Counted from the first letter of the stretch, positions 9,137-19,524 are shown. The stretch is 32,000 nucleotides of DNA from Candidatus Kuenenia stuttgartensis (GCF_900232105.1 NZ_LT934425.1:4170001-4202000); one strand, 5' to 3'. Numbers and translations: made by a program. Notes: generated by a model from the letters alone, not told the origin.

Positions 9137-10873
9137 TTACATAGTACGTTTCCCATGCTTTCGTTTCTTTTTACAAAAGGACTTTAATTTCTCCAGCGAA
9201 AACGTATTTATCACATCTTGCGATTCCAGCCAACCTCTTCTGGCAATTCCTACTCCCAGTTCCATCATCCACATTTGATCTGTGTGGTGGGAGTCGGTGC
9301 TAATAGCTATCTTCACTCCCCTCTCTTTTGCCTTTTTACAATATATGTCATTCAGGTCAAGCCGGTCATAATAGCAATTAATCTCCAGCGCCGTGTCGGT
9401 TTCCGCACATGCATCCAGAACTTTTTCGATATCAACATCATACCCAACGCGTTTGCTGATAAGGCGTCCCGTTGGGTGTGCGATAATGTTGACAAATGGG
9501 TTTTGTATGGCGGCAATCATTCTTTGCGTAATCTTCTCTTTTTCCTGTTTAAAACCGCTATGTATGGCCGCTATCACTACGTCAAGTTTTTCGAGCATTC
9601 TGTCTGAAAAATCAAGGGAACCATCCGTCCTGATATCAACCTCAGAGGCTTTCAATAATGTAAAGCCTTTTAAATTTTTATTGAGTTTGTCTATTTCATC
9701 AATTTCCTTAAGTAATCTTTCCTCAGTTAAACCGTTTGCTATATGGAGTGATTGTGAATGATCGGATACCACCATATATGCATATCCCCTCTTCATCGCA
9801 TGTTCCGCCATCTCCTCAAAGGTGCAGTGCCCATCGCTCCAATTGGAATGATTATGAAGATCGCCTTTTATATCGGAATACTCGATCAATTTGGGTAGTG
9901 TTTTTTCAATGGCGGCTTCAATTTCCCCCCTGTTTTCCCGCAATTCCGGAGGAATCCAATCCATCCCCAATATTTTGTAAATATCAGATTCATGCCTTCC
10001 GCCTAATTTCTTTTCTCCCTCGAAAATGCCATACTCACTGATTTTATAACCCTTTTTCTTTGCCAGTTCCCGGAGATGAACGTTATGGTCCTTTGACCCG
10101 GTAAAGTATTGCAGGGCAGCCCCATACTCCTCTTCATTTACCACTCGCAGGTCCGCCTGAACGCCCTCTTCCAGTCTGACGCTTCCCTTTGTAGTTCCGG
10201 AGGCAAGTATCTGCGTCACTTCCGGCATGGTGACAAATGACTTTATTATTTCTGCCCCATCATTTCCTGTTGCAAGGATATCAATATCGCCAACAGTTTC
10301 CTTCATCCTTCGCAAAGAACCGGCAGCCTGTATTTCCTTAACCTTTGGGTTTTGTTTTAATCGTTCAATAATCCTCTTTACTATCGGATATGCCATCCCT
10401 ATGGAAATGCGTTGCTGGCTTGTTTTGTATAATTCTATGCCTTTTACGATATTCTCAATCTTTTTTTCTCCAATACCGAACAGACCCTTCAACTTCCCAT
10501 CCCGGATTGCATTTTCTATATCAACAAGATTCACAATACCCAATTCCTTATTGAGCATCGCAACCGTCTTTGGCCCTAAACCTGGTATCTGCATGAGTGC
10601 GACCGTTTCTTCAGATATCCCCTTTGCAACCTCCTCGTATTTTGACATTTTTCCCGTTGTAATATATTCAATAATTTTATCTGCCGTGCCTTTACCTATT
10701 CCGGGAATATTGGTTAATTTATCGTCCCTTGCGAGGGCTTCAATATCTTCCGTTAAGTCCTCTATTACCCTTGCCGCCTTGCGGTAAGAGTTGATACGAA
10801 AGGTATTTTCGCCTTTCAGTTCCAGTACATCAGCAATTTTTCCGAAGAGTAATGCAACTTCGTGATTCTTCAC
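9137..10873 (-). CDS. polX: DNA polymerase/3'-5' exonuclease PolX (PolX-type nucleotidyltransferase + PHP domain)
   Basis: HhH motifs 'LTNIPGIGKGTADKI' and 'LMQIPGLGPKTVAML'; pol beta-like 'GSLRRMKETVGDIDIL'; PHP motifs 'GDLHNHSNWSDG' and 'ISTDSHHTDQM'. Confidence 0.95.
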   Translation of the reverse strand: MKNHEVALLFGKIADVLELKGENTFRINSYRKAARVIEDLTEDIEALARDDKLTNIPGIGKGTADKIIEYITTGKMSKYEEVAKGISEETVALMQIPGLGPKTVAMLNKELGIVNLVDIENAIRDGKLKGLFGIGEKKIENIVKGIELYKTSQQRISIGMAYPIVKRIIERLKQNPKVKEIQAAGSLRRMKETVGDIDILATGNDGAEIIKSFVTMPEVTQILASGTTKGSVRLEEGVQADLRVVNEEEYGAALQYFTGSKDHNVHLRELAKKKGYKISEYGIFEGEKKLGGRHESDIYKILGMDWIPPELRENRGEIEAAIEKTLPKLIEYSDIKGDLHNHSNWSDGHCTFEEMAEHAMKRGYAYMVVSDHSQSLHIANGLTEERLLKEIDEIDKLNKNLKGFTLLKASEVDIRTDGSLDFSDRMLEKLDVVIAAIHSGFKQEKEKITQRMIAAIQNPFVNIIAHPTGRLISKRVGYDVDIEKVLDACAETDTALEINCYYDRLDLNDIYCKKAKERGVKIAISTDSHHTDQMWMMELGVGIARRGWLESQDVINTFSLEKLKSFCKKKRKHGKRTM

Positions 10874-10998
10874 ACATAAATCCTCATATATTTCTATAAA
10901 TGCTCTGTTAGTACCTTAACAGTAATTTCTTTGCATACTTCCATTCGTCAGTACGTGCTTTTTTGCAAAATATTTATTGGTGAAATACGAAATCCTAT

Positions 10999-11120
10999 AA
11001 CAATTTAGTTTTTTGAAAATTCCAGTAGGTGCGAAGCATTTGCCAGTACGAGTATGAATGCATTTATGATAATTTATAGCAAATGCTTCGCCCCTACAGT
11101 TTCAAAAAACTAAAGTGTTA
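10999..11120. mobile_element. MITE/REP-like element (about 122 bp) with imperfect TIRs of about 40 bp
   Basis: AACAATTTAGTTTTTTGAAAATTCCAGTAGGTGCGAAGCATTTGCC pairs with AGCAAATGCTTCGCCCCTACAGTTTCAAAAAACTAAAGTGTT. Confidence 0.7.
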
Positions 11121-11284
11121 CTAAATACGAAACAAATTCTAATGACAAAATGATTTGAAATGTTAAACAAGCATATCTTTCATTTTCAAGCTTTGTATTG
11201 TTGGATGTTTTGAATTTGTGTTGAATTTTATGTTTGTTTGGTTCCGGTTTGTCAGGATTTTAGGCATGTAAAAAAATAAAAAAC

Positions 11285-11357
11285 GAGGCCGACGGGAATC
11301 GAACCCGCAACATCCAGATCGACAGTCTGGTACTCTAACCAATTGAGCTACGGCCCC
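11285..11357 (-). tRNA. tRNA-Asp (anticodon GTC)
   Basis: Minus strand: GGGGCCGTAGCTCAATTGGTTAGAGTACCAGACTGTCGATCTGGATGTTGCGGGTTCGATTCCCGTCGGCCTCG. Cloverleaf with anticodon loop CTGTCGA and T-loop TTCGATT. Confidence 0.95.
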
Positions 11358-11524
11358 TTAAAAGATGTTTTTTATTTTTCAAAATTGCAGTATTTTCAAC
11401 TAATTGTATATTGCTTATTGAAAGGCATTCAAGAGATGATACTGCCTTATTTCCCAATAAGCAGAAAGGATATTAGCAGGTTTTTGTATCAATTTCAAGC
11501 CTTTTGTTTTGTCTGATTTAATCG

Positions 11525-12694
11525 TTACCGTGTACTTTGGTAATATTCACTTAATATCTTTGCAACTTCGTGCCTTGTAAAGGTTGGAGGAGGCGCCTCT
11601 CCCTCGCTTAACATTCTTCGCACCTCAGTGCCGCTTAAGATGACATGATTTGCTGAGTCATGCGGACATGTCTTATAAGACGCCATACCATTGCACGCTT
11701 TACAATAAAATGTATGGTCAAAAAAGAGGGGAGTAATTCCTATTTCATGCGCATCAAATTCATCAAATATATAATGTGCGTCAAACGTCCCGTAATAATT
11801 CCCGACCCCTGCATGATCCCTTCCCACAATGAAATGCGTACAGCCATAGTTTTTTCTCAACAGCGCGTGGAAAACTGCTTCGCGCGGGCCCGCATACCTC
11901 ATTGCCGCAGGAAAGACGGACAACATCGCGCGGTCTTTCGGATAATATTTTTCTAAAAGAACTTCGTAGCTCTTAATCCTGACGTCTGCAGGGATATCAT
12001 CGCTTTTTGTCGCCCCTACCAGTGGGTGCAAAAGGATGGCGTCAACAATCTCAAGAGCACATTTTTGAATATATTCATGCGCCCTGTGAACGGGATTGCG
12101 CGTCTGGAAACCGACAATTCTCTTCCAGCCTCTTTTTACAAACAACTCCCTTGTTTCGGCAGGATCGAGTCTGTAAGCGAGGAAGTCTCCGGGTTTTGCC
12201 CTGTTAACAACACTCACTTTACCGCCAAGAAGATAATCATCCATCTTGTAAACATAATCAACACCGGGGTGTTTTTTATCGTCCGTTCCATACACTTCAA
12301 GCGATTCTTTCGTCTTATCATGATGGAATATCTCTTCCAAATGTAATATGGCAATTACTTCATTTGCTTTATCGATAAGGGCAACATCATTCCCGGGCTT
12401 AAGCCCTTCAATTTCTTCCTTACTCGCCGATAACGTCACGGGAATAGACCAAGGGAGTCCGTTTGCCAGACGCATATTATTCACAACAGTATCATAATCT
12501 TCTTTGCACATGAACCCCTCAAGCGGACTCATTGCGCCAACTGCAATCATATCGAGGTCCGTTATTTCACGGGAATCGAGTTGGATTTTTTTCATGGCGT
12601 AATTTTTCGCTTTATCCAACAACACTTCTCTATCTTCTGCGGAAGCTATCCGGTTTATAAGTTTACCCCCATGTGGAGGGATGTTCTTGACCAT
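11525..12694 (-). CDS. sat: Sulfate adenylyltransferase (ATP sulfurylase)
   Basis: '[21 protein letters not shown]', '[18 protein letters not shown]', '[26 protein letters not shown]', and Cys pattern '[17 protein letters not shown]'. Confidence 0.95.
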   Translation of the reverse strand: MVKNIPPHGGKLINRIASAEDREVLLDKAKNYAMKKIQLDSREITDLDMIAVGAMSPLEGFMCKEDYDTVVNNMRLANGLPWSIPVTLSASKEEIEGLKPGNDVALIDKANEVIAILHLEEIFHHDKTKESLEVYGTDDKKHPGVDYVYKMDDYLLGGKVSVVNRAKPGDFLAYRLDPAETRELFVKRGWKRIVGFQTRNPVHRAHEYIQKCALEIVDAILLHPLVGATKSDDIPADVRIKSYEVLLEKYYPKDRAMLSVFPAAMRYAGPREAVFHALLRKNYGCTHFIVGRDHAGVGNYYGTFDAHYIFDEFDAHEIGITPLFFDHTFYCKACNGMASYKTCPHDSANHVILSGTEVRRMLSEGEAPPPTFTRHEVAKILSEYYQSTR

Positions 12695-12789
12695 AGTTCA
12701 CTCTTTCTCCTTTCAAAACTGTTTAAATGTATGCGATTTCTCCTGCTTTGCACCTGCTTTTATAAGGAACTAAAATTGTTGCGATAAAA

Positions 12790-13107
12790 TTAATTCCTTA
12801 CCTTTATCACAAATTCTTCTTTTTTCCCATGCGAATTCCAGATTGTCCAGATTGTTTTATCCTTAGTCATCCGTGCTTTTAATGAGGCGCTTTCGCTGCA
12901 AATCTGAAACGGCAATCTCAGTTCGATTGCCTGGACGGGGCATTCCTTTACACAGCAAGCACACGTCCAGCAAGCCGATTGGTCGCGTATTTCCGCTTTC
13001 ATATTTTCCGTACGGTAGCAGAGATTTCCCGGACATATGCGTTCGCAGCGTGCTTCCGGTAATCCTTTACAGCCATTGCAGATGGTTTTGTCGATAAAAA
13101 TGCTCAT
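12790..13107 (-). CDS. aprB: Adenylylsulfate reductase beta subunit-like 2x[4Fe-4S] ferredoxin (short form)
   Basis: Cys motifs 'CNGCKGLPEARCERICPGNLC' and 'CWTCACCVKECPVQAI'. Overlaps the aprA stop by 1 bp (TAATG). Confidence 0.85.
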   Translation of the reverse strand: MSIFIDKTICNGCKGLPEARCERICPGNLCYRTENMKAEIRDQSACWTCACCVKECPVQAIELRLPFQICSESASLKARMTKDKTIWTIWNSHGKKEEFVIKVRN

Positions 13108-14780
13108 TATTGTAAGGGCCGTTCTTTCATCTTTATTTCATTTGTTTCAACGTCATAGACAGAATTTACATACTTAAGCCAGCGATTATCGTCTTTTTGG
13201 GGATAGTCCAATCTGGTTTGATAACACGCCCATCGGGTCTCCTTCCGGTAAATGAGATGTTCCACCAATGTCCTGGCAACATCAATCCGATCGATACACT
13301 CCAAGGCTTCTACGAGGTTGTAACTATCCGCCGCCATCAACTCCGTTGTATGGTTGTGCAAACATTTCAGCAATTGCCGGGCTTCCAGCAATCTGTTTTC
13401 ATGCAACATGTAATTAAAGGAAATACCCCCGGCATATTCATCCATGATTTTTTGAAGCCGTTCTCTCACATCCAATGGTGTTATCCCGTTAGTTCTGTTT
13501 AATAAATTAAAAATCCTTGCCTTTTCCTTTTCAATACTATTTTCGTCAATTTCTTCTGAAGAGACGTTATCAATGTCTTTTAGCGCCGTTAGCGCCGCAA
13601 TAGCGCCTTCAGCCCAACAGCCACTGACATATTTTTTAGGAGCCCCACCGGCGGCTTCGCCAGCGGCATAAAGCCCTGGAATGGTAGTTCTCCTTTCCGT
13701 ATCAATCCAATATCCCGCCTGGCAATGACCACCCACAACATAAGGTTCCGTACCGCGTATTTCAACGGGTTTTTTTCGCGGCTCCATTCCTTCGCTTGCC
13801 CACATAAGAACAATCTGAGGGTTCATATTCAAATAATCTTCTTTTAGTTTCCTTTCTTCTTCTTCATTCAGGTGCGTTGTGTCAAGATAACAAGGCCCAC
13901 GGCATGCCCTCATTTCCTCAAGCGTGGCAAAAAGTCTGTGTTGAGTCAAACATTTTCTTCCGCCCAAATGCTGATAATGGCAGCCAAGATAGTCTTCCCC
14001 CAGCGCATTAACCTGTTTTGAACAAACACCGATCGCAATTGTGCCTGTAGGGGCATTTACGTCTTTTACGCGCAAAGGGATAAACCTGTTCTCAAAACCT
14101 GTCATTTCGGCGCCAATACGAATCCCCATTGCATAGCCCGTCCCGGCATTCCATGGGCAATACCACATCAAATGCCTCGCGCCGCCGGTATTATTAGGTT
14201 TATATATCCCGGCAGCTCCTCCGGTAGCAACAATAACGGCTTTTGCCCGAACTACATATAAATTACCACCCCTGACGTCATAACCAAACGCACCACAAAC
14301 CCGTTTTCCATTATAGATAAAATTTGTCGCAACGACGCGGTTTAACACCTGAGCCGCCGTTTTCCTCACCGCTTCAGCAAGCATAGGCTTCAGCCTTTCG
14401 CCAAAAATGCGAATACTGCGCGTTCCCCGGTTTTTGTAAGAGCCGTCATCATTTTTTTCAATAGGCAGCCCTAACGCTTCCACCTCCTTTACCACGTCAT
14501 TAAATCTTTCCGCCATGGTAAGGACTAAATCTTTCCGTATAACCCCTTCAAACTCCCTCGCAACAAAATCAACGTATGATTCAGGGGTTTGTCCCGGATG
14601 AATATACGCATTAATAGCATTAAGCCCCATCGCCAAACAACCGCTGCGTTCAATATGTGCCTTTTCCATGATAACCACTTTGCAGCGGGAAGATTTTTTA
14701 TAAATTTGCATTGCTGCAAAGCAGCCGGCCGCACCTCCGCCGATAATTAATATGTCTGCATCAATATTTTTAATATCCAT
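13107..14780 (-). CDS. aprA: Adenylylsulfate reductase alpha subunit (FAD)
   Basis: FAD-binding 'ADILIIGGGAAGCFAAMQI', 'ERSGCLAMGLNAINAY', 'TGGARHLMWYCPWNAGTGYAMGIRIGAEMTGFENRFIPLRVKD', 'YVVGGHCQAGYWID', 'RRTTIPGLYAAGEAAGGAPKKYVSGCWAEG'. Confidence 0.92.
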   Translation of the reverse strand: MDIKNIDADILIIGGGAAGCFAAMQIYKKSSRCKVVIMEKAHIERSGCLAMGLNAINAYIHPGQTPESYVDFVAREFEGVIRKDLVLTMAERFNDVVKEVEALGLPIEKNDDGSYKNRGTRSIRIFGERLKPMLAEAVRKTAAQVLNRVVATNFIYNGKRVCGAFGYDVRGGNLYVVRAKAVIVATGGAAGIYKPNNTGGARHLMWYCPWNAGTGYAMGIRIGAEMTGFENRFIPLRVKDVNAPTGTIAIGVCSKQVNALGEDYLGCHYQHLGGRKCLTQHRLFATLEEMRACRGPCYLDTTHLNEEEERKLKEDYLNMNPQIVLMWASEGMEPRKKPVEIRGTEPYVVGGHCQAGYWIDTERRTTIPGLYAAGEAAGGAPKKYVSGCWAEGAIAALTALKDIDNVSSEEIDENSIEKEKARIFNLLNRTNGITPLDVRERLQKIMDEYAGGISFNYMLHENRLLEARQLLKCLHNHTTELMAADSYNLVEALECIDRIDVARTLVEHLIYRKETRWACYQTRLDYPQKDDNRWLKYVNSVYDVETNEIKMKERPLQ

Positions 14781-15185
14781 TTATGGTAACACTTCTGGAG
14801 AAAACATTTTTAGGAAACATCAACATAATCAGAATGAAGCTGGAAAATTAATATGCTATGGATATTTTAATCTACTTTATGAGCGGTAATTTCGATTGTT
14901 CTTACACAAAGACCTTGAATTAAAGCAAGATTCCAGAGTTCATCTTTTCAAAAAATAACAAAGTGCCAATGGTACTTATATTTTATTAATATGTCAAATT
15001 GAAAACGCCCTTCTTCATCAATGTAAATTCGTATTTTTGATTTGTTAAGAAATTATGTAACTTATATTTCTTTATAAATGAACAAATCCTCCTCTATCCT
15101 TCCTGAGAGGTGATCTATCAAATTCTATTCCTGGTAAGGCCTTAAGGGATTGGTAAAATAAAAAATTGATAATGTTTCATGATAT

Positions 15186-15674
15186 TTGTATAATGTGCCC
15201 ATGCCTATAACGAAAGAATTAGAGAATATACGAAAGTTTGAATCTGTCGGGTTTACTCACGATCAAGCGGAAGTTCTTACAGAGACCCTTGAACAATCGC
15301 ATGTTAACGGACAGCAAAACCTTAAGGATTTTCTTAACATTAAATTTAATGAGATGGACGTCAAATTTAATGCGATGGATGTCCAGTTTAATGCTCTTCG
15401 TAACGATATGGATGTAAAATTTAACGCTATGGATGTAAAATTTAATGTTCTTCGTAATGATGTGGATGTCAAAATTAAAGATTTCCGTAGCGATGTGGAC
15501 GTTAAGTTTAAAGACCTTCGTAACGAAATTGACTTCAGGTTTCTGGAAACCCGTAATGAGATTGTCAACCTTGAGTTTCGCATAAGGGCTTCTCACGCAG
15601 ATTTGCTTATGAAGATATTTGCAATCGTAGCCGGTTGTACCACTATTGCCGTTGCTGTAGCCAAGTTATTTTAA
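15186..15674 (+). CDS. Coiled-coil protein with internal 7/11-residue repeats and a C-terminal TM segment (DUF1640-like)
   Basis: Repeats NxMDVKF (7 aa) and NxLRNDxDVKF (11 aa), then hydrophobic 'LLMKIFAIVAGCTTIAVAVAKLF'. Confidence 0.75.
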   Translation: MYNVPMPITKELENIRKFESVGFTHDQAEVLTETLEQSHVNGQQNLKDFLNIKFNEMDVKFNAMDVQFNALRNDMDVKFNAMDVKFNVLRNDVDVKIKDFRSDVDVKFKDLRNEIDFRFLETRNEIVNLEFRIRASHADLLMKIFAIVAGCTTIAVAVAKLF

Positions 15675-15715
15675 CCCCGCCAAAGGCGATATATTCCCAT
15701 TGCCTTTCGAGAGTT

Positions 15716-16066
15716 TCACTCCGCTTTATTCTGCCTTTTTTTGATCTCCTCATAGCCGCCTGCATTTATTACATTTAGATATCCCATTTTATCCAGAATC
15801 TCTTTTGCAATACCAGACCGCCTCCCGCTTTCGCAATAAAGGAAAATTTTTTCATCCTTGTTTTTTGCAACCGACTCAATTTTCCTTCCAATTTCTTTAT
15901 ATGGAATGTTTATAGCATCCTCAATATGTCCCGACTTGTATTCCCCGGCAGTTCTTACGTCAATCCAGATTCCCTTCACATCGTTCACTTGCCCCCCAAT
16001 TACACAATTAATTACGACAGTTAAAAAACATAAAGCCATAACTAGTTTTTTCATAATCAACTCCAT
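15716..16066 (-). CDS. Exported single-domain rhodanese-like protein
   Basis: Signal-like N-terminus, 'IWIDVRTAGEYKSGHIEDAINIPYKEI', and active-site loop 'IFLYCESGRRSGIAKEIL'. Confidence 0.88.
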   Translation of the reverse strand: MELIMKKLVMALCFLTVVINCVIGGQVNDVKGIWIDVRTAGEYKSGHIEDAINIPYKEIGRKIESVAKNKDEKIFLYCESGRRSGIAKEILDKMGYLNVINAGGYEEIKKRQNKAE

Positions 16067-16234
16067 TTCTAAAATAATGTATCTATAAAAATTGATACCC
16101 TCTCAAATCCGGTATGCCTTTCCCTGAGTTTAGTGATTGATTAGCATTTTATTTGGAACATCTCAGTAAATTATAGCAGTAGATAGCTGTCAGTTGATAG
16201 AAAAAGAACGCCCAACTACCACCCTTGAGCTGGT

Positions 16235-17521
16235 TTAGTCATCTACGATTGGACAGACTTGAGAATTTATCCATGTATTAAGGATTACCTCTTCCTTAAC
16301 TCGTGGGATCATTAGTACTATCTTTCCGGATTTTAAAATGAGGCGAAAGGGACGAATTAAATAGTATAGACAGAGCCTCTTTGAGGACAAAGGTACTGAA
16401 AACCTGTTTGAGAGAACTTTTGGATGTGGAAATATTTCTTTAAAGAGAATCTTCACCTTCGTTTGAAATGTATCCGCGATTTGTGACTTGATAAAACTAC
16501 CGGGAACGACGGGAAGAGTATCTTCTCTGATAAGTATTCTTTTATTGATAAGCCGCACTAATTCTTTATTTAAATCCTCTGATTTAAAGCTACTAAGGGC
16601 ATTATGAAAAACGTCATCGTGCTCCCCCATGATTTCCCTTACAATGGAAAAGGTAGTATACATTAGGGTATCTATTCCGTATTTTTCGGTTTCAGACTTA
16701 AACCTTACCCAATCAATATCATCTCTATAATATTTAAGGGTTTGAAAAATATCACACAACTGGATAAGTGCACCTTTGCTACTAAAACCTCCATTTTGAT
16801 TTATAAACCGGTGTTTTAAAAAATGTAGACAGAGGTGAGTAATTAAATCCTCCGGACTGAGTATCTGTACTTTATTGCCAGAAAATTCTATCGTTCTGGC
16901 CTCTTCCCACCACCTTTCAATAATGTCATTAATAATACGAATTCTTACTGGGTGTGCCTTCCTTGCTATGTGCCAGTGAATCTCCACCGGGATATTCTTA
17001 TCTGAATGAACATAACTTATATGCTGGTGATTTTCTCTGTACCAATCCGGTTGCATTTCACCCTGGAAACGATAGTCTAATCCGGACATTATTTTCTCTG
17101 CACAAAGAAGGTCTTCTTTTTTAACGAGAAGGTCTATGTCATTCATTTGCCGTAAACCAATATCGCCATAAACAGTTTTCGCTAAAGTCGCGCCCTTTAG
17201 AACAATAACTTTCACACCTTTATCACAAAATGTCTCTAAAATCCTCTTTAATTCCGCATAAAGGTACATATTCCTGGCTAAATTTCCATGATAAGCCGTT
17301 CTCAACTGAGCCATGACCTCTTGAGGTATACAATGTCTCTTACTGATATTCTTTAAGTTGTGATACAGTAATGGGGCGATACCATGCCAAAAAGCAGAAG
17401 CTAAAACCTCTTCCCAGTTTAACGGAATGTTTATTACATCCTTAATTTTCTCTCCTGTATTCCCTGAGATGCTTGCCTGAAGACAATGGAGTAAGAGCCT
17501 ATTTTCATGTGATATGTTCAT
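16235..17521 (-). CDS. Nucleotidyltransferase family protein (PF14907-type), RiPP-cluster associated
   Basis: 'GVKVIVLKGATLAKTVYGDIGLRQMNDIDLLVKKEDLLCAEKIM...HISYVHSDKNIPVEIHWHIA', typical of the uncharacterised nucleotidyltransferase family found in lasso-type clusters. Confidence 0.8.
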   Translation of the reverse strand: MNISHENRLLLHCLQASISGNTGEKIKDVINIPLNWEEVLASAFWHGIAPLLYHNLKNISKRHCIPQEVMAQLRTAYHGNLARNMYLYAELKRILETFCDKGVKVIVLKGATLAKTVYGDIGLRQMNDIDLLVKKEDLLCAEKIMSGLDYRFQGEMQPDWYRENHQHISYVHSDKNIPVEIHWHIARKAHPVRIRIINDIIERWWEEARTIEFSGNKVQILSPEDLITHLCLHFLKHRFINQNGGFSSKGALIQLCDIFQTLKYYRDDIDWVRFKSETEKYGIDTLMYTTFSIVREIMGEHDDVFHNALSSFKSEDLNKELVRLINKRILIREDTLPVVPGSFIKSQIADTFQTKVKILFKEIFPHPKVLSNRFSVPLSSKRLCLYYLIRPFRLILKSGKIVLMIPRVKEEVILNTWINSQVCPIVDD

Positions 17522-17553
17522 TATCAGCCTCCAGGATAATTTTATCCAATTTA

Positions 17554-18042
17554 CTATATCTTATCAGGGAAACAATACGTCATCGTATAAGTTTTAGTTA
17601 CTTCTGCATTTCTTTCCAGAAAAATATCCCCATGATAAAGAAGCCAGGCATGGCCCTCCAATTTCTTTTTTGCCTCTCCATCAGAGAACCTCCCGTTATA
17701 TCTCACTCCAAAACAAACAAAGACGTTTATTCCCAATTTACGTAAAAAGTGATAAAGAACTAAAGACCGCCTGAGACAGATATTTTTGTCTGTCCAAAGG
17801 TTATGCCTCAATATGTAGTCTGTAAATTTTACGATCTTATCTTTCATGTTTTCCAGGTCTTTGTTACGGCAAACTCTAAAGTTCCGTGGTGCAAGCATCT
17901 TCATAACCCTGGGCAGGGACAAAAATCTGAACAGGAAAGGCAAAACGTTAATCAGGAGAAAAATTCGGGTAAAAAGCCATATCTCCCCGAAGGAGCTAAA
18001 ATGAGTCCTGAATTTTTTAATAGCACAAGTTTTGTTACCCAT
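17554..18042 (-). CDS. Lasso-peptide B2-type transglutaminase-like leader peptidase
   Basis: 'NICLRRSLVLYHFLRKLGINVFVCFGVRY...LEGHAWLLYHGDIFLE' (Cys and His catalytic signature of B2/Transglut_core3 proteins). Overlaps the PqqD ORF by 8 bp. Confidence 0.85.
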   Translation of the reverse strand: MGNKTCAIKKFRTHFSSFGEIWLFTRIFLLINVLPFLFRFLSLPRVMKMLAPRNFRVCRNKDLENMKDKIVKFTDYILRHNLWTDKNICLRRSLVLYHFLRKLGINVFVCFGVRYNGRFSDGEAKKKLEGHAWLLYHGDIFLERNAEVTKTYTMTYCFPDKI

Positions 18043-18319
18043 CTACAACCTTCACTAATTTTTCACGGATAAGTTCATGAATAAGTTTCAGTACACTTTC
18101 TCTGGCCTTTTCAGGTAAAACATCAAATTCATTTTGAATTATTTCGCTTATCTCTCCAGCCGTAAGACCGCTACTGAGCATTTGCCAGATCCGCAGTCCT
18201 GTTTCATTTAAGGTGAAGTACATCTTCGTGCCCAGATGGAGAAGGACGGCCTCTTTGCCCTCTAATTCAGTAATAACAACATCAGGGTCAGGCGTTACCC
18301 TATAATTTAACTCCAGCAT
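18035..18319 (-). CDS. PqqD-like protein (RiPP recognition element)
   Basis: 'YRVTPDPDVVITELEGKEAVLLHLGTKMYFTLNETGLRIWQMLSSGLTAGEISEIIQNEFDV' is a canonical PqqD-like pattern. Confidence 0.88.
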   Translation of the reverse strand: MLELNYRVTPDPDVVITELEGKEAVLLHLGTKMYFTLNETGLRIWQMLSSGLTAGEISEIIQNEFDVLPEKARESVLKLIHELIREKLVKVVDG

Positions 18320-18464
18320 CTTTTATCAACCTCCTTTTCAGTATTTCTCGTAATTATTCAATATGAAGTGAAAGACCTCCCATCCCTTCCTATCTGCGAA
18401 GGAGGGGAGATAAGAAGTCCCCCCTTCAAGAGGGGATTTAGGAGTGTGTTTAATAATCTTGATA

Positions 18465-19496
18465 TTATGCAAATATCACTTCCGTCCAAACCATGCGAGA
18501 CCAGGGGTTTCCCGAAAACTCTTTCAGCCAGTCTACCTTCTTAAAATAATTCAAACAGAACCAACAGGGAAAATAATCTGAATCTCTAAATTTACCATTG
18601 CTGTAGTGTTCAAGCTTCTCTTTTTGAAATTTCCCACTAGCCTCAACCAAACTTACATAAGCCTCAGAAAAACTCATCTCATTCAAATTGCCTATTATAT
18701 CATCGTTTCCCACATCTTCTCCATGTCCCGATAAATTACAGCACATGGTGACATTGCCTCGCCAGTCGATGTTAATCTCTTCCATTTTAAGCGAAGCGCA
18801 AGGAAAGAGTTCGGTCGTATAGTATCCCGATGCCATAACAATAGGAATGGAAAATGTTTTCTGGAGCTGACAGATGATAGTTTCTGTTTGCCTTCTTTCT
18901 ATCGGCGAAATGTCCATATTTTCTGATACGATTCGGGGAGTTGAAATAAGATGGCCAAGCCTGAGTCCCCGGCCTCCCAGTTTTGCTGCAAGCATGGCTA
19001 TTTCATTTAATTCACCCCGACTGTGGGACGTAATGACCGTATTGAAGGTGAAGGGAATATCTTTTACCACGCAAATGCTTACTGCCTGCATCACCCGGCG
19101 ATACGAACCCTTTCCACGAAGCATGTCATGTGTTTCCTCCCTTGCACCTTCTAAACTAAAGGTAATTCCAGTAAGACTATTAAGATGCGGGAGCAACTTC
19201 TCATAAATTCGGGTAAAATTCCAACCATTTGTTACAAAGCCAAAGTTATATCCAGCTTCTGATACCATCGTGAGCATCTCGGTAAATCCGGGATGCAACG
19301 TTGGCTCTCCGCCAGTAAAGGAGATGTAATCAAAGCCATGCCCCCTGGCATTCCGGAGAATTCTTTCTAAGATTTCTATTTTCAGGTCTCCGTCACCACT
19401 ATGCCTTCCATCAAGGCAATGATGGCAACTTAAATTACAGCGATTGGTAAGTTCTATCAATATTCCCGGCATTGTAGTATTACTGTATAAAAGCAT
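18465..19496 (-). CDS. Radical SAM protein with SPASM/twitch-like C-terminal cysteines
   Basis: 'ELTNRCNLSCHHCLDG' (CxxxCxxC), 'FTGGEPTLHPGF', and C-terminal cysteines 'LFPCASLKMEEINIDWRGNVTMCCNLSG...YFPCWFCLNYF'. Confidence 0.92.
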   Translation of the reverse strand: MLLYSNTTMPGILIELTNRCNLSCHHCLDGRHSGDGDLKIEILERILRNARGHGFDYISFTGGEPTLHPGFTEMLTMVSEAGYNFGFVTNGWNFTRIYEKLLPHLNSLTGITFSLEGAREETHDMLRGKGSYRRVMQAVSICVVKDIPFTFNTVITSHSRGELNEIAMLAAKLGGRGLRLGHLISTPRIVSENMDISPIERRQTETIICQLQKTFSIPIVMASGYYTTELFPCASLKMEEINIDWRGNVTMCCNLSGHGEDVGNDDIIGNLNEMSFSEAYVSLVEASGKFQKEKLEHYSNGKFRDSDYFPCWFCLNYFKKVDWLKEFSGNPWSRMVWTEVIFA

Positions 19497-19524
19497 CTCT
19501 TCAGCGTAAATATTACACGATTCC

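Noticed and set aside
15219-15596. Long antisense ORFs inside the coiled-coil gene
   Set aside because: Explained by the short-period nucleotide repeat keeping several frames open. No domain or RBS support.
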